Notes under the pieces: generated by a model
Told to the model about the DNA's origin: nothing
What the model saw: the letters and a program-made list of their open reading frames with translations, nothing else
The model's database searches: none
From: an uncultured Methanosarcinales archaeon
GTDB lineage: Archaea; Nanobdellota; Nanobdellia; Woesearchaeales; WJKR01
Reading direction: 5' to 3'
NCBI GenBank assembly: GCA_964556395.1
Contig: CAZKVR010000001.1
Span: 178,411 to 242,410, forward strand
DNA: 64,000 nucleotides
Part shown: piece after piece, positions 37,693 through 47,484 of the stretch
How the letters are laid out: every line of letters begins with the position of its first letter
Position numbering within the stretch: the stretch's first letter is position 1
Translations under genes and position numbers: made by a program

Positions 37693-38463
37693 TCATGCCA
37701 CGCCGAGCGCTTTCCGCAGGCTGAACGACAAGGCGATGCTGAACACGATGTAGATGCCGATCCACCCCCAGTTGCCGACGAGCGGCGCGCCTTCGAGCGG
37801 CCGGATCTTCTCGTTCCCCAAAACCAGCTGTTTGTAAGGCTCCGCGTCGAGCTTCTGGACCGGTTGGACGTAGTTGCCCGTCTCGGACGTGATGGTGATG
37901 GTCTGAGACGCCTCTGCGCCTGACGAGTGGGTGAAGGCCAACTGGTAATCCCCCGGGTCGCCCCGTAGCGTCCACAACAGCTTGTCATCGTCGATGGCCT
38001 GCGTGGCGCCCTGGTCCTGGGCGATCTGCAATGCCGGCGTCGTCGAGAGCGTGACGTTGCCAGCGACGTCGTCGTCCACCACGAGGGTGACGTTGAACGG
38101 CTGTCCCGGCTCGAGAGGATGGTAGGCCATGTGGGCGTTGAGCCATCCGAAGATGATAATAAGCGGAATCAGCGTGTACAGGGTCGGTTTGAAGCTGTGC
38201 TTCATGAGCTCCATGTTCTTCCCCATCATCTCCTTCTGGAGCGCCATCGCCTTCTTGGGGTCTTCCTTGGAGAGCTTCTTCAGCTTCTTCTGGTACTCCT
38301 TCATCTCCTTCTTCAGGGCTTTCATCCGTTTCTGGTCGGTGAGGTACTTGTACGCCAGTGTAGTGAGTACCGTGATGACCGCGCTGATGACGAGGATGGC
38401 CGCCCACGAGGGCAAGCTGAGAAGCGGTGACAATAACGGGTCGAGGACGCCTTCGAGTACCAT
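37693..38463 (-). CDS. EMC3/TMCO1 (DUF106, Oxa1 superfamily) membrane protein insertase with extracellular insertion
   Basis: TM, coiled coil (KYLTDQKRMK..KKEMKE), FKPTLYTLIPLIIIFGWL, GWIGIYI..S...RKALG; position downstream of secY. Confidence 0.88.
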   Translation of the reverse strand: MVLEGVLDPLLSPLLSLPSWAAILVISAVITVLTTLAYKYLTDQKRMKALKKEMKEYQKKLKKLSKEDPKKAMALQKEMMGKNMELMKHSFKPTLYTLIPLIIIFGWLNAHMAYHPLEPGQPFNVTLVVDDDVAGNVTLSTTPALQIAQDQGATQAIDDDKLLWTLRGDPGDYQLAFTHSSGAEASQTITITSETGNYVQPVQKLDAEPYKQLVLGNEKIRPLEGAPLVGNWGWIGIYIVFSIALSFSLRKALGVA

Positions 38464-38606
38464 GACAGGCTGGGAAGCCTCGGCTTATTTAAACCTAATG
38501 GAAAACGTAACGGGTGGAAAAAACGCTCTTGCCACGTCCCTGCCGCTGACGGCTCTTGCAAGGGACGACCTTGACGTGTATTTAAGAGAGAAAGGAAAAA
38601 AATGTT

Positions 38607-39938
38607 TTATTCGCCGCCCATGAACTTCCGCATCATCGGGTTCATGTCGTACATGTGCTCTTTCGCGATCTCCTCGTAGAGCCTGTACACGATCATGACT
38701 GTCAACAGGATGCCGGTTCCCGAGCCGATGGCACCGGTCAAATCGGCGAGTCCGGCCAACAATCCGATGGCGATGCCGCCCATGACCGTCAACGGCTGGA
38801 TGTACCGGTTCAGCAGTCGTTCCAGCACTCGCTGGTCCTTCCTGAAACCCGGTATCGACAAGCCGGAGGACATGATCTGCTTGGCCTGGCTCCTGGCATC
38901 AAGGCCTGATGTTTGCACCCAGAACCAGCTGAACAATACCGCGCCGCCAGTCATTATCATGAGGTAGACGAACCCTTGCGCGAGCATGACGCCGCTGATG
39001 CTGCCCGTCAGACCGGCGTTCAAGAGGTTTGGCGCGCTCACCCAGTTCGCCAGGGTGGAGTTGGCGCTGCCGGTGATGAGCCGCGCGAACAACTGTATGT
39101 TCGCCAGCAACGCAGCCACCAATATCACCGGGATGTTGGATGTGTAGAGGAAGTTGAGAGGCCAGCGTATGCCGTGACCCCTGATGCGTCCGAACGACAA
39201 TGGTATCTCCACCTTCATGCTCTGGACGTAGACGACGAATGCGAACACGCCTATCGTCGCCAGGATGGCGCCGAGAGCCAGGCCTGCGGTCTGGCCGTCG
39301 AGGTTGAGGAATGCCTGGAAGACCTGCCACACCTTTCCGATGAAGTACGGGCTGCCCTGCTCGCTGATGAAGCTGAACAGCTGTGTGAAGATCGTCTTTG
39401 ACACGCCCGCGGCGATGAACAATGAGATGCCCGAGCCGAAGCCCCACTTGGATATGACTTCGTCCATGAACATGATCATGATGCCGCCCAGGAACAATTG
39501 GAACACCAACAATAATGGCGACACCCCCGCCCGCGGCGCGATGCCTCCGAGGTTGACGTAGATGAAAGCCTCGAGGATGATGAAGAATATGCTGAGGATT
39601 TTCTGGAAGCCCTGGAAGCGCTTCTTGCCTTCCGGCGTGGTCATGTCGAACTTGAACAACCCGCTGCCGTTGAGCAGCTGCAGGATGATGCTCGCCGTGA
39701 CGATGGGGCCGATGCCGAGGCTGATGATGCTGCCGAACTGGGCTCCCAGGACGATGCTCATGAACTCCAGTTGCTGGAGGGTGCTCTCGCCCGCCCCGAA
39801 CACCGGGATGAGTCCTAGCACGAAGTAGATGACGAGTATGGTGAGCGTCCAGGTCAGCTTCTTCTTGAAGCCGAGCCGCTTCTCCTTCGGAGAGGCGACT
39901 TCGGGGAGGTTGTTCAGGAACCCGTCATACCATGCCAT
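38607..39938 (-). CDS. secY: Preprotein translocase subunit SecY
   Basis: LGIGPIVTASIILQLL, DEVISKWGFGSGISLFIAAG, YTSNIPVIL, GTGILLTV. Confidence 0.98.
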   Translation of the reverse strand: MAWYDGFLNNLPEVASPKEKRLGFKKKLTWTLTILVIYFVLGLIPVFGAGESTLQQLEFMSIVLGAQFGSIISLGIGPIVTASIILQLLNGSGLFKFDMTTPEGKKRFQGFQKILSIFFIILEAFIYVNLGGIAPRAGVSPLLLVFQLFLGGIMIMFMDEVISKWGFGSGISLFIAAGVSKTIFTQLFSFISEQGSPYFIGKVWQVFQAFLNLDGQTAGLALGAILATIGVFAFVVYVQSMKVEIPLSFGRIRGHGIRWPLNFLYTSNIPVILVAALLANIQLFARLITGSANSTLANWVSAPNLLNAGLTGSISGVMLAQGFVYLMIMTGGAVLFSWFWVQTSGLDARSQAKQIMSSGLSIPGFRKDQRVLERLLNRYIQPLTVMGGIAIGLLAGLADLTGAIGSGTGILLTVMIVYRLYEEIAKEHMYDMNPMMRKFMGGE

Positions 39939-39941
39939 CGT

Positions 39942-40415
39942 TTACGCTCCTTCGTCGCTCGCCTCTTCAGAGGCGTTCGTCACGGTGACGGTGCCGCCGG
40001 CTTTTTTAACCTTTTCGATGGCGCCGTCGGTCGCGTTCGGCACGGTGATGGCCCATTTCCTCGTGGCTTGGCCCGTTCCCAACAATTTGGTGTAGCCCGC
40101 CTTGCCGAGGTCTATCGAGTGGGAGCCGTCCTTGACGGAGAGGTATCCTTCGTCCTGGAGCGTCCTGGTGAACCGTTCGAGGTGCGCCAGGGTGACCGGG
40201 GCGTTCCGCGTCCTCGTCTTGGAGACGAAACCGTGGTTGCCCGCGTAGCGGGTGTTCTTCCAGATGCTCGGCTTCTTCGCGTCTCCGCGCTTGCCAGAGC
40301 CGGCCGCTCCGCGTCCTCCGCGGTGGCCTGCTCCTCGTCGCTTCTTCATGGAGCCGCCGCCGTGCGTCTTGCTCCCGCGGTATCGTGAGTTCTTGCTGCG
40401 CTTGGTAGTGGTCAT
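39942..40415 (-). CDS. rpl15: 50S ribosomal protein uL15
   Basis: RGSKTHGGG.KKRRGAGHRGGRG; KLLGTG; operon position. Confidence 0.97.
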   Translation of the reverse strand: MTTTKRSKNSRYRGSKTHGGGSMKKRRGAGHRGGRGAAGSGKRGDAKKPSIWKNTRYAGNHGFVSKTRTRNAPVTLAHLERFTRTLQDEGYLSVKDGSHSIDLGKAGYTKLLGTGQATRKWAITVPNATDGAIEKVKKAGGTVTVTNASEEASDEGA

Positions 40416-40421
40416 GGTGGA

Positions 40422-40802
40422 TCACAACATCTTCTTGATGAGCTCGTTGATCTTTTCGCCGCGGTCGCCGAGGGCTCCGCCGTTCCTGTAGGCTTGCTTG
40501 ATGCCCTTCCGCTCGAACCCCCCTCTAGGCGGGTTGAGGTGGAGGTGCTTCTTGGTCTCGCCGTCAGCGCCTTTCACGCCGCGCTTGTCGAGGAGCTCTT
40601 TCTCGGTCTCGGCGTCGATGACGCCCCAGGTGATGGCGTCCTTGACCTTCTGGAGCATGCCTCTCGTCGTCGGGTTGTCGTCGAGGATGACGCAGGTGTG
40701 CTTCCGTTCCAGGCCTAGCTGGTCGAGCGTCCGCTTCGCCTGCTGGCTGAAGCCGATGCGTCCTCGGAGGAGGATGGCTGCGAGTCTCTTGGCGTCGCTC
40801 AT
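40422..40802 (-). CDS. rpl30: 50S ribosomal protein uL30
   Basis: GMLQKVKDAITWG; LNPPRGGF; GALGDRG. Confidence 0.96.
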   Translation of the reverse strand: MSDAKRLAAILLRGRIGFSQQAKRTLDQLGLERKHTCVILDDNPTTRGMLQKVKDAITWGVIDAETEKELLDKRGVKGADGETKKHLHLNPPRGGFERKGIKQAYRNGGALGDRGEKINELIKKML

Positions 40803-41614
40803 GCCTGCTCACCTTCCTTGGGTTCTTCTGCGTTCTCCGCCGCGGCTGCGGCTTCCTCATCCTTGCCAGAGGCGGTCTTGCGCTCAGCGCCTTCGACGAT
40901 GGCGAACTTCTCCATCTGGTCGTGCTTGATCTTCATCTTCGCCAGCTGTCTGAGAGCGGCTTCGGTGGCTTTGATGACGTTGACCTTGTTCTTCGCCTGT
41001 CCTCGCGTCTTGGCCCAGCAGTTCTTGATGCCGGCCATCTCGAGGATCTTGGCGACCTCCCGGTCCACTACCAGTCCTTTGCCTTTCGGGGCTGGCATGA
41101 GCTTGACGACGACGGAGCCGCACTTGCCTTCGACTGCGAAGGGGATGCTGTGCGGCTCTGCTGCGGCGTCTTCCCAGCTGCCCGAGCCGCGTCTGATCTT
41201 GAAGAGGCTGAGCTTGGCGTTCCTGACAGCTTTCTCGCGGGCGGGGATGGTCTCCTTGCTCCGGCCGTGGCCGACGCCGATGAACCCGTCCTTGTTGCCC
41301 ACGACGGCGTAGGCTGCGAAGGTCGGCTTGTTGCCTTCCATCGTCTTCTTCTGGGTCTGCCTGAAGGCCCGTCGCTGGCCGCCGCCGAACTTTCCTTTCG
41401 ACTGGCCGATGAGGATGAGGTCTGACTCGACGTTGAGGAGCGTGTCGACTATCTCGGGCTCGAGTATCCTGTAGCCCTTGTCGAGGATCTCGTCGATCTC
41501 GGTGATCTCCTTGTTCTTCACCTTCATGCCCATCTCTGTCTTGGGCTTCCAGTTGTCGAGATCCTCTCGCGGGTCCCGTCGGGGGTCCTTCCTTGGTGAT
41601 CGTTTGTCTTTCAT
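40799..41614 (-). CDS. rps5: 30S ribosomal protein uS5
   Basis: WKPKTEMG, VVGNKDG, RRGSGSWE, GKCGSV..LMPAPKG. Confidence 0.97.
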   Translation of the reverse strand: MKDKRSPRKDPRRDPREDLDNWKPKTEMGMKVKNKEITEIDEILDKGYRILEPEIVDTLLNVESDLILIGQSKGKFGGGQRRAFRQTQKKTMEGNKPTFAAYAVVGNKDGFIGVGHGRSKETIPAREKAVRNAKLSLFKIRRGSGSWEDAAAEPHSIPFAVEGKCGSVVVKLMPAPKGKGLVVDREVAKILEMAGIKNCWAKTRGQAKNKVNVIKATEAALRQLAKMKIKHDQMEKFAIVEGAERKTASGKDEEAAAAAENAEEPKEGEQA

Positions 41615-41630
41615 GATAAAGCCCTTCCGT

Positions 41631-42137
41631 TCATTGTTTTTCGATGGTCGCCTTGAGCTTGGTGAAGCTTTCCTGCACCTGCTCGTCGGCGACGTGCGAT
41701 CCTTTGAGCCGGTCCTCGGTCGGGAACACTTCTTCCGACGCCGGGACGTCGAGTCCTCCGTCGATGGCGCCTTTGAGGGCTGCGTACAGCCTGGAGCCCT
41801 TGAGGGGTGTCTGGAGTCCGAGGTCGAGGATGGCGCCTTTGACGCCTTTCTCCTGCGCCTTCTTGGCGAGCAGCAGTCCTGTCAGGTAGCTGGCGGGCAG
41901 GTTCTTGGTGGAGTGCTTCCACCCCATGCCTTCGAGCGCCTTGCTGCTCACGCCCACGACGACCTTGTCGCCGTCCGGGTCGTAGCCGGTGACTTGCAGG
42001 ACGATGTGCTTGTTCGTCCTCCTGATGACGAGCCGGTGCTGTCGGCTCTTGAGCATCTCGAGACGCTTCTTGTAGTTCGTCTTCCCTTCGCGCTTGCGGC
42101 GGTAGGGGATGGTCCTCCTCGTGGTCTGTTGCGTCAT
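41631..42137 (-). CDS. rpl18: 50S ribosomal protein uL18
   Basis: RRKREGKTNYKKRL; NLPASYLTG; LDLGL. Confidence 0.97.
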   Translation of the reverse strand: MTQQTTRRTIPYRRKREGKTNYKKRLEMLKSRQHRLVIRRTNKHIVLQVTGYDPDGDKVVVGVSSKALEGMGWKHSTKNLPASYLTGLLLAKKAQEKGVKGAILDLGLQTPLKGSRLYAALKGAIDGGLDVPASEEVFPTEDRLKGSHVADEQVQESFTKLKATIEKQ

Positions 42138-42144
42138 GGGAGCA

Positions 42145-42597
42145 TCACTCTTTCTTGACGAGGCGGTGCTCGTCGATGTATAGCTTGATGTGCTTCTTGC
42201 TTCGGAAGAAGCCTCCTTTCGCCTTCTTGTAGAGGTCTGAGAAGGTCTTCCGGTCTATCAGCCCTTTCTCGCGGAGTTCTTGGAGGAATCCTCGTTGGGC
42301 TCTGATCTTGGCCATCCAGGTGTCCTTCTTCGGCGTGTGCGTGGTCTGCTTGCCCTTGCGGTGGCCTGGGCCTTTGCGCTGGCCTTTGGACTTCTGCCTG
42401 AGCAGCTTGTTCGTCCGCGACCGGGAGCTGCCTTTCTTCTGCACTTTCTTGATGGCGCCGTCTCCGACGAGTCCTCGCAGGTCGGTCTTCGTGATGGCTT
42501 CCTTGAGGTCCGGGGCCCTGGTCGGGTCGAGCTTCACCCGTTTGGGTGAGACTTTCAGGAGCGCCGCCGCGATTCGTTTCTGGATGTTGGTCTTCAT
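42145..42597 (-). CDS. rpl19e: 50S ribosomal protein eL19
   Basis: QKRIAA, AITK.D.R, GPGHRKG, LYKKAKGGFF. Confidence 0.97.
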   Translation of the reverse strand: MKTNIQKRIAAALLKVSPKRVKLDPTRAPDLKEAITKTDLRGLVGDGAIKKVQKKGSSRSRTNKLLRQKSKGQRKGPGHRKGKQTTHTPKKDTWMAKIRAQRGFLQELREKGLIDRKTFSDLYKKAKGGFFRSKKHIKLYIDEHRLVKKE

Positions 42598-42608
42598 GGG
42601 TGATCACT

Positions 42609-43256
42609 TCAGTAGCCTTTCTTGCTGGTGAGGACCTTGTCCTTCTCCTCTTTCTCCTGCTGCTTCTTGTCCTCTTCAGGAGTGGCTTGGTCCTGCTGGG
42701 CTGCCTTGTCGTCGGAGGGCTTCTCCTCCGCCTGTTGCTCGGCGGGGGCTTCCTCCTGTGTGGCTTCCTCTTCTTTCTTCGCCTTCTCGGCCTTCTTCTT
42801 GGCTTCAGCCTTCTGCTTCAGGGTTTCCTTCTTCTTTTGCTTGAGCTCCTGGAGCTTCTTGGTCTGTTCCTGATATGCCTTGACGGCGAGGTTTGCGAGC
42901 GTGATGCCTTTCTCCTGGGCTGTCTTGATGAGCTCTTCCTTCTTCCTGCGGCCGAGGTTTCCGATGAGGGCCGCGTCGGTCTTGGGGTCGAGCTGTTCGA
43001 GGTCCTTGAGGTTGTCGACGCGCTTGATGGTGAGGCCGTCCTTCGTCGTGCCTCTCAGGGCTGCGGGGGTGCCGTAGCCCGTGTCGACGGTCCGGTGGTA
43101 GCCTTTCTTGTGGAGTCGCATCTTGCTCTGGAGGCCTTTAGGCCTGCGCCAGGTGCCCGCTTTCACGCGGTCCTTCTTGTGGGAGTCGGTCCTGGTGAAC
43201 TTGGGCTTGCGCGCCTTGGCGTCCCTTTTCGCTTTGATGAGTTTGTCGTCTGCCAT
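42609..43256 (-). CDS. rpl32e: 50S ribosomal protein eL32 with C-terminal extension
   Basis: KPKFTR, WRRPKGLQSKMR, GYGTP; long K/E/Q tail. Confidence 0.95.
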   Translation of the reverse strand: MADDKLIKAKRDAKARKPKFTRTDSHKKDRVKAGTWRRPKGLQSKMRLHKKGYHRTVDTGYGTPAALRGTTKDGLTIKRVDNLKDLEQLDPKTDAALIGNLGRRKKEELIKTAQEKGITLANLAVKAYQEQTKKLQELKQKKKETLKQKAEAKKKAEKAKKEEEATQEEAPAEQQAEEKPSDDKAAQQDQATPEEDKKQQEKEEKDKVLTSKKGY

Positions 43257-43262
43257 TTGTGA

Positions 43263-43808
43263 TCACACTTCTCGGGCTGGTTTCTCGGTGATGTAGATGC
43301 CGTCCTGGAAGACGCGCCTGTCGAAGCCCGGCCTGCGGGTGATGTTCTCGATGTCCGCCGCCACCTGGCCTGCGACTTCGCGGTCGGCTGCCTTGACGGT
43401 GATCTCCTCTCCGTTGACCTTGACGTCAGCCCCTTCCTTGAGGCGGAGGACTCGCGGCACCTTCTCGCCGAGGTAGTTCTTGATCTCGAGCTTGCCGTCC
43501 TTGGCTGCGACGGTCATGGGGAAGTGTCCGGAGCACGCCTTGAGCTTGTAGGTGAATCCTTCCTTGGCGCCGTGCACCATGTTCTTGAGGTGCGCCTTGA
43601 ACGTTAGCAACAGGTTCTTGATGGGTTTGGTCACCTGCGTGGCTTCCAGGGTGATGGATTCCTGGTCTGCCTTGATGGTGACGCCTTTCGCCTGGAACTC
43701 TCTGGTGAGTTCTCCTTCAGGCCCTTTGACGGTGACTGCCGGGGGGTTCACGGTCGCCGTGACTCCTTCCGGGAGCGGGATGGTCTCGTGGAGGTCTATT
43801 CGTGCCAT
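43263..43808 (-). CDS. rpl6: 50S ribosomal protein uL6
   Basis: HFPMTV, NYLGEKVPR, DRRVFQDGIYI. Confidence 0.97.
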   Translation of the reverse strand: MARIDLHETIPLPEGVTATVNPPAVTVKGPEGELTREFQAKGVTIKADQESITLEATQVTKPIKNLLLTFKAHLKNMVHGAKEGFTYKLKACSGHFPMTVAAKDGKLEIKNYLGEKVPRVLRLKEGADVKVNGEEITVKAADREVAGQVAADIENITRRPGFDRRVFQDGIYITEKPAREV

Positions 43809-43820
43809 TGTCGTTCACTT

Positions 43821-44210
43821 CTAGTAGCAGTAGCTGATGAGCGTGCCGCCGATGCCTTTCTCTTTGGCTTCGACGTGGGTCATCAGCCCTTGGTTGGTGC
43901 TGACGACGAGGAATCCGAAGTCCTTGCTCGGCAGGTATCGCTTCTCGTACTTCTCGTAGTCGTCCTTTCCTATCTGGAACCGCGGCTTGATGACGCCGCA
44001 CTTGTTGACGGCTCCGATGAGGTTGATGGTGAGCGTGTTGCCCTTGCTGTCCTCGGTCTCCTCGTATCCGCCGACGTAGCCGTGGTCCTGCATGAGTTGT
44101 AGGACTCCTTTGATGAGCTTGCTGTTGTCCTTGGTCGTCACGGCTTGCTTGCCGCTCCGCTCGTAGTTGAGGATGTGTGAGAGGACGTTTGCGAGTGGGT
44201 CGTTGTTCAT
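43821..44210 (-). CDS. rps8: 30S ribosomal protein uS8
   Basis: Start re-called at ATG 44210 (MNNDPLANVL); NKCGVIKPRF; STNQGLMTH. Confidence 0.97.
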   Translation of the reverse strand: MNNDPLANVLSHILNYERSGKQAVTTKDNSKLIKGVLQLMQDHGYVGGYEETEDSKGNTLTINLIGAVNKCGVIKPRFQIGKDDYEKYEKRYLPSKDFGFLVVSTNQGLMTHVEAKEKGIGGTLISYCY

Positions 44211-44221
44211 ATCGGTCACCT

Positions 44222-44452
44222 TTAGCTGTATTTCTTGAAGCCGAGGTCTGTGGCTATCTCTCGGAAGCACTGCCTGCACAGGCTCATGCCGTACTTGCTG
44301 ATGTGCCCGCCGGTCCGGCCGCACCTGGAGCAGGGCTTGGAGGCTTCTCCGTGCTTCCTGTCTTTCGGCGTGTTGTGCTTGAGGTAGCGGTCGTGCTTCG
44401 CTTTCTTGTTCTGGATCTGCTGGAGGACTTTGGCGTGGTTGGATGTGGTCAT
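44222..44452 (-). CDS. rps14: 30S ribosomal protein uS14 with N-terminal extension
   Basis: CSRCG...[18 protein letters not shown]. Confidence 0.96.
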   Translation of the reverse strand: MTTSNHAKVLQQIQNKKAKHDRYLKHNTPKDRKHGEASKPCSRCGRTGGHISKYGMSLCRQCFREIATDLGFKKYS

Positions 44453-44964
44453 GCTTCCTCACCTGTGGTGACGCCGTACTTCTCTTTCATGAAGGCTATG
44501 GCGTCTTGCTTGCCGACCTTGTGGGTGGCCGGGATCTTGCCTTTCTGGAGCTTGCGCTTCTTCACCCTGTAGCCGGCCCGGTCGAGCGTCACGCTGGCCT
44601 GGAGGCCTATGATGCCGATGTCCGGGTCGTACTTGGCGTCCTCGATGTCGACGTATTCCGGGATGCCGAAGCTGACGTTGCCGTGATCGTCGAAGCAGGT
44701 CTCTTTCAGGACGTTCTCCTTTGCTGAGAGGAGTTTGGGGAGGAGTTCCTCCGCCTGCGCTCCTCGCAGGGTGATCTTGACGCCTATGGGGAGTCCTGGC
44801 CTGAGGTGCCATGCCTGGACGCGCTTGTTCGTGACGGTCTTGACCGGCTCGATGCCTGTGAGGTTCTTGAGGAGCTTGGCCCCTTTCTCGAGCATCTTCT
44901 GGTCCTTGCCTGCCCCTACGTTGAGGGTGAGCTTCTCTATCCGGACGTTCTGCATGGGGTTCAT
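44449..44964 (-). CDS. rpl5: 50S ribosomal protein uL5
   Basis: [17 protein letters not shown]; [10 protein letters not shown]; [11 protein letters not shown]. Confidence 0.97.
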   Translation of the reverse strand: MNPMQNVRIEKLTLNVGAGKDQKMLEKGAKLLKNLTGIEPVKTVTNKRVQAWHLRPGLPIGVKITLRGAQAEELLPKLLSAKENVLKETCFDDHGNVSFGIPEYVDIEDAKYDPDIGIIGLQASVTLDRAGYRVKKRKLQKGKIPATHKVGKQDAIAFMKEKYGVTTGEEA

Positions 44965-45653
44965 CGTGAACACTTGATCGCTGGTTTTTTCTCGCCGGTG
45001 ACGTACGCGTACGCCCGGCTGGTGTTGACCTGCCCTTCAGGGGTCTCTATCTCGACCGAGTCTCCTTCGAGCTTCTTGATGACGCCGTGGGCGCCGGTGT
45101 GCTTGCCCTTGTAGACGGTCACGCTGGCGCCTTCCTTGAGCGGGAGGTGCTGCTTGACCTCCTGCCCCGGCACGGTGATGAGGAGCGAGTCCCCGACGGT
45201 GTAGTCGGCCTTGTCGAGCTTGAGGTTGCGGCCGTCGTTGCACTGGACCTGTATCTTGCCGCCCTTGACGTGCTGCTTGCCGACGACGCGGGTGAGCTTG
45301 AGGCCCGCTTCCTTCTCAGGGATGTCGAAGGCTGTGAGCTTGCCCTTCTCGGTGAAGCCGAGCCTGTAGTGCTGCTTCGTGGAGGGGATGCTGATGACGT
45401 CCATGAAGCCGACGTTGAAGCGCTCGTCGTGGCGCCTCTTGCCGTCCACCAGGACTTCCTTCTCGTGCAGCGCCCTCTTCGTCTCCTTCGTCGTCCTCGT
45501 CAGCCCTATGAGTTCTTTGAGGGCGGTGTTGAGCGAGGTGGCGTGCGTGTAGGCGTGCGCCCCCGCGTCCGGCCTCGTGATGAACGTGTGGCTCTTCCTG
45601 AGGATGTTCCACGTCTTGGGTGTCGCGATGCGTTTGAGGTGTTGTTTGACCAT
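44961..45653 (-). CDS. rps4e: 30S ribosomal protein eS4
   Basis: HLKRIATPKTW; VGFMDVI; DGRN; GKHTG. Confidence 0.96.
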   Translation of the reverse strand: MVKQHLKRIATPKTWNILRKSHTFITRPDAGAHAYTHATSLNTALKELIGLTRTTKETKRALHEKEVLVDGKRRHDERFNVGFMDVISIPSTKQHYRLGFTEKGKLTAFDIPEKEAGLKLTRVVGKQHVKGGKIQVQCNDGRNLKLDKADYTVGDSLLITVPGQEVKQHLPLKEGASVTVYKGKHTGAHGVIKKLEGDSVEIETPEGQVNTSRAYAYVTGEKKPAIKCSR

Positions 45654-45659
45654 GATTGC

Positions 45660-46052
45660 TCACTCCTTCTTCTCCGGTTGTTCGAGCTTCGCCTTGCGCT
45701 TCTTGTCGCTGAGGTCGAGCTCTGTTATCATGAGGTTCGAGGGGTTGAACGCGACGGGCGTGCTGGTGCCGTCCATCTTCCGCGCCTCGACCCGTGTGAG
45801 GTAGACCTTGCCGCGTTGGGCGTCGACCTTCTCAGCCTTTGCTTCCCGGCCCTTGTACGTGCCTCGGAGGACCTTGACCTTGTCGCCTTTCCTCACCCTG
45901 ACAGAGCGCTTCCCATGCTTCTCCTTGAGTTCTTTGGAGAGGTGTGCTGAGAGGAAGCGTCCCTTGACGTGATAGGGGGCGTTGTACGCGTACTTGCGCT
46001 GCTTGCGCGTCTGCACGCTTTTCTTCCAGGTGGTTGCGAATGCGGATCTCAT
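45660..46052 (-). CDS. rpl24: 50S ribosomal protein uL24
   Basis: RKQRK..YNAP.H; LSKEL; VRKGDKVKVLRG; PSNLMI. Confidence 0.97.
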   Translation of the reverse strand: MRSAFATTWKKSVQTRKQRKYAYNAPYHVKGRFLSAHLSKELKEKHGKRSVRVRKGDKVKVLRGTYKGREAKAEKVDAQRGKVYLTRVEARKMDGTSTPVAFNPSNLMITELDLSDKKRKAKLEQPEKKE

Positions 46053-46059
46053 TTTGTCT

Positions 46060-46467
46060 TCACACGATGATGCTTGCTACTTTGGCCACGCCCGGCCACC
46101 TGCTCGTGGCTTCCTTGGCGATGGGCCCCTTGAAGATGGTTCCTTTCGGGTTGCCCTTGTCATCCTTGAGGACGACGGCCGCGTTGTCTTCGAACTTGAT
46201 GCGCGTCCCGTCGGGGCGCTTGTACTCCTTCCGTTGGCGTACGATGACTGCGAACACGACCTGTTTCCGCATGTCGGGCCTGCCCTTGACCACGCTGGCC
46301 TGGACGAGGTCGCCGACGCCTGCGGCTGGCGTCTGCCCTTTCACCGTCTTGTGGCCTTTGACGGCGAATATCCTGAGCACCTTGGCGCCGCTGTTGTCGG
46401 ATGTGGGGACTTCGCTGCCGACGGGGAGTCCTTTCGTGATGGTGGCGTTGACGGCTTTCATGATCAT
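46060..46467 (-). CDS. rpl14: 50S ribosomal protein uL14
   Basis: DNSGAK; IKFEDNAAV; GPIAKEA. Start may be 46461. Confidence 0.97.
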   Translation of the reverse strand: MIMKAVNATITKGLPVGSEVPTSDNSGAKVLRIFAVKGHKTVKGQTPAAGVGDLVQASVVKGRPDMRKQVVFAVIVRQRKEYKRPDGTRIKFEDNAAVVLKDDKGNPKGTIFKGPIAKEATSRWPGVAKVASIIV

Positions 46468-46925
46468 TCACTCTTCTTGGCGGCCTTCTTCGTCGAAGAT
46501 TTCTTCGTGGTTTTCTTCGTCGTCTTCTTCGTGGCCTTCTTGGTGGAGGTCGTCTTCTTCGTCGTGGACTTCTTGGTCGCTTTCTTGGCGTCCTTGTCTT
46601 CGGAGGGCTTGGCTTCGGCCTTCTTCTCTGGCTTGGCCACTTCCTTCACGGCTTCTTCGGCCTTCTCGTCCGCGCCGACCTTCCTGATGATGGTGAAGTG
46701 CTTGGTCTTCGACATCGGTCTGGTCTCTTTGATGACGACCTCGTCGCCGACCCGGGCGTCCACCTCTGGGGGGTTGTGCGCCTTGACGCGGGTGCGTCGC
46801 TTCTCGTATCGTTCGTACTTCGGGATGTAGTGGCGCCTGTTCCACTCCACGGTGACCGTCTTTCTCATGCTGTCACTCGTGACGACGCCTGTGAACGTCC
46901 TTCCTCGTGTGCTCGTGTTCGTCAT
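46464..46925 (-). CDS. rps17: 30S ribosomal protein uS17 with Lys/Thr-rich tail
   Basis: PKYERYEKRR..AHNP; ETRPMSKTKHF. Confidence 0.96.
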   Translation of the reverse strand: MTNTSTRGRTFTGVVTSDSMRKTVTVEWNRRHYIPKYERYEKRRTRVKAHNPPEVDARVGDEVVIKETRPMSKTKHFTIIRKVGADEKAEEAVKEVAKPEKKAEAKPSEDKDAKKATKKSTTKKTTSTKKATKKTTKKTTKKSSTKKAAKKSE

Positions 46926-47155
46926 GGTTTGTGCACCTTGATCCTTTCTGTGGGTGTCTTCGCGATGGTCCGGCCGTCGATGACGGCTCCGTCGACCTTG
47001 ATCGTGACTTGCTCCTTGATGACTTTCTTGCGTCCGATGGTGAGCGTGTGTTTCGTCTCGTCCCGCACGACCCCTTCGTGGCCTTTGAGGCTCGGGTTGC
47101 GCGCCTCCGTGATGGCGGCGCGTTTCCCGATAAGCGGTCGTTGGTGCGGTCTCAT
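46922..47155 (-). CDS. rnp1: Ribonuclease P protein component 1 (Rpp29)
   Basis: LIG...G..G.V.DETKHTL...IDG....PTERIK; canonical position between SUI1 and S17. Confidence 0.88.
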   Translation of the reverse strand: MRPHQRPLIGKRAAITEARNPSLKGHEGVVRDETKHTLTIGRKKVIKEQVTIKVDGAVIDGRTIAKTPTERIKVHKP

Positions 47156-47484
47156 CGTCGTCGCGGGTAGCTGCTCTTCTTGACCTCGATCGTGTCCGGG
47201 GCGAAGCCGAGCTTGACGAGCTCGCCTTTGATATCCTTGGTGTGGTTGCCTTGCAGCTCGATGGTCCCGTCCTTCGCGGTCCCGCCGCAGGCGAACTTGG
47301 CCTTGAGCTTCTTCGCCAGGTCTTTCATGTCGAGTTCGTGTTCGTTGATGCCTTCGACCACGGTGTATTCCTTGCCGAACTTCTTCTTGGTGATCGACAC
47401 CGTGACCTTCTGGTTCTCCTTCGCGAGGTTCTCGAAGGTCCCTAGTTCTTTTGGTAGTCCCGTGATGGGATCAATTTCCGGCAT
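47152..47484 (-). CDS. sui1: Translation initiation factor SUI1 (aIF1)
   Basis: GLPKEL; LAKKLKAKFACGGT; IELQGNH. Confidence 0.95.
   Translation of the reverse strand: MPEIDPITGLPKELGTFENLAKENQKVTVSITKKKFGKEYTVVEGINEHELDMKDLAKKLKAKFACGGTAKDGTIELQGNHTKDIKGELVKLGFAPDTIEVKKSSYPRRR

Noticed and set aside
46470-46640. TTC/GTC-rich periodic DNA as a non-coding tandem repeat
   Set aside because: It is the coding sequence of the Lys/Thr-rich uS17 tail.
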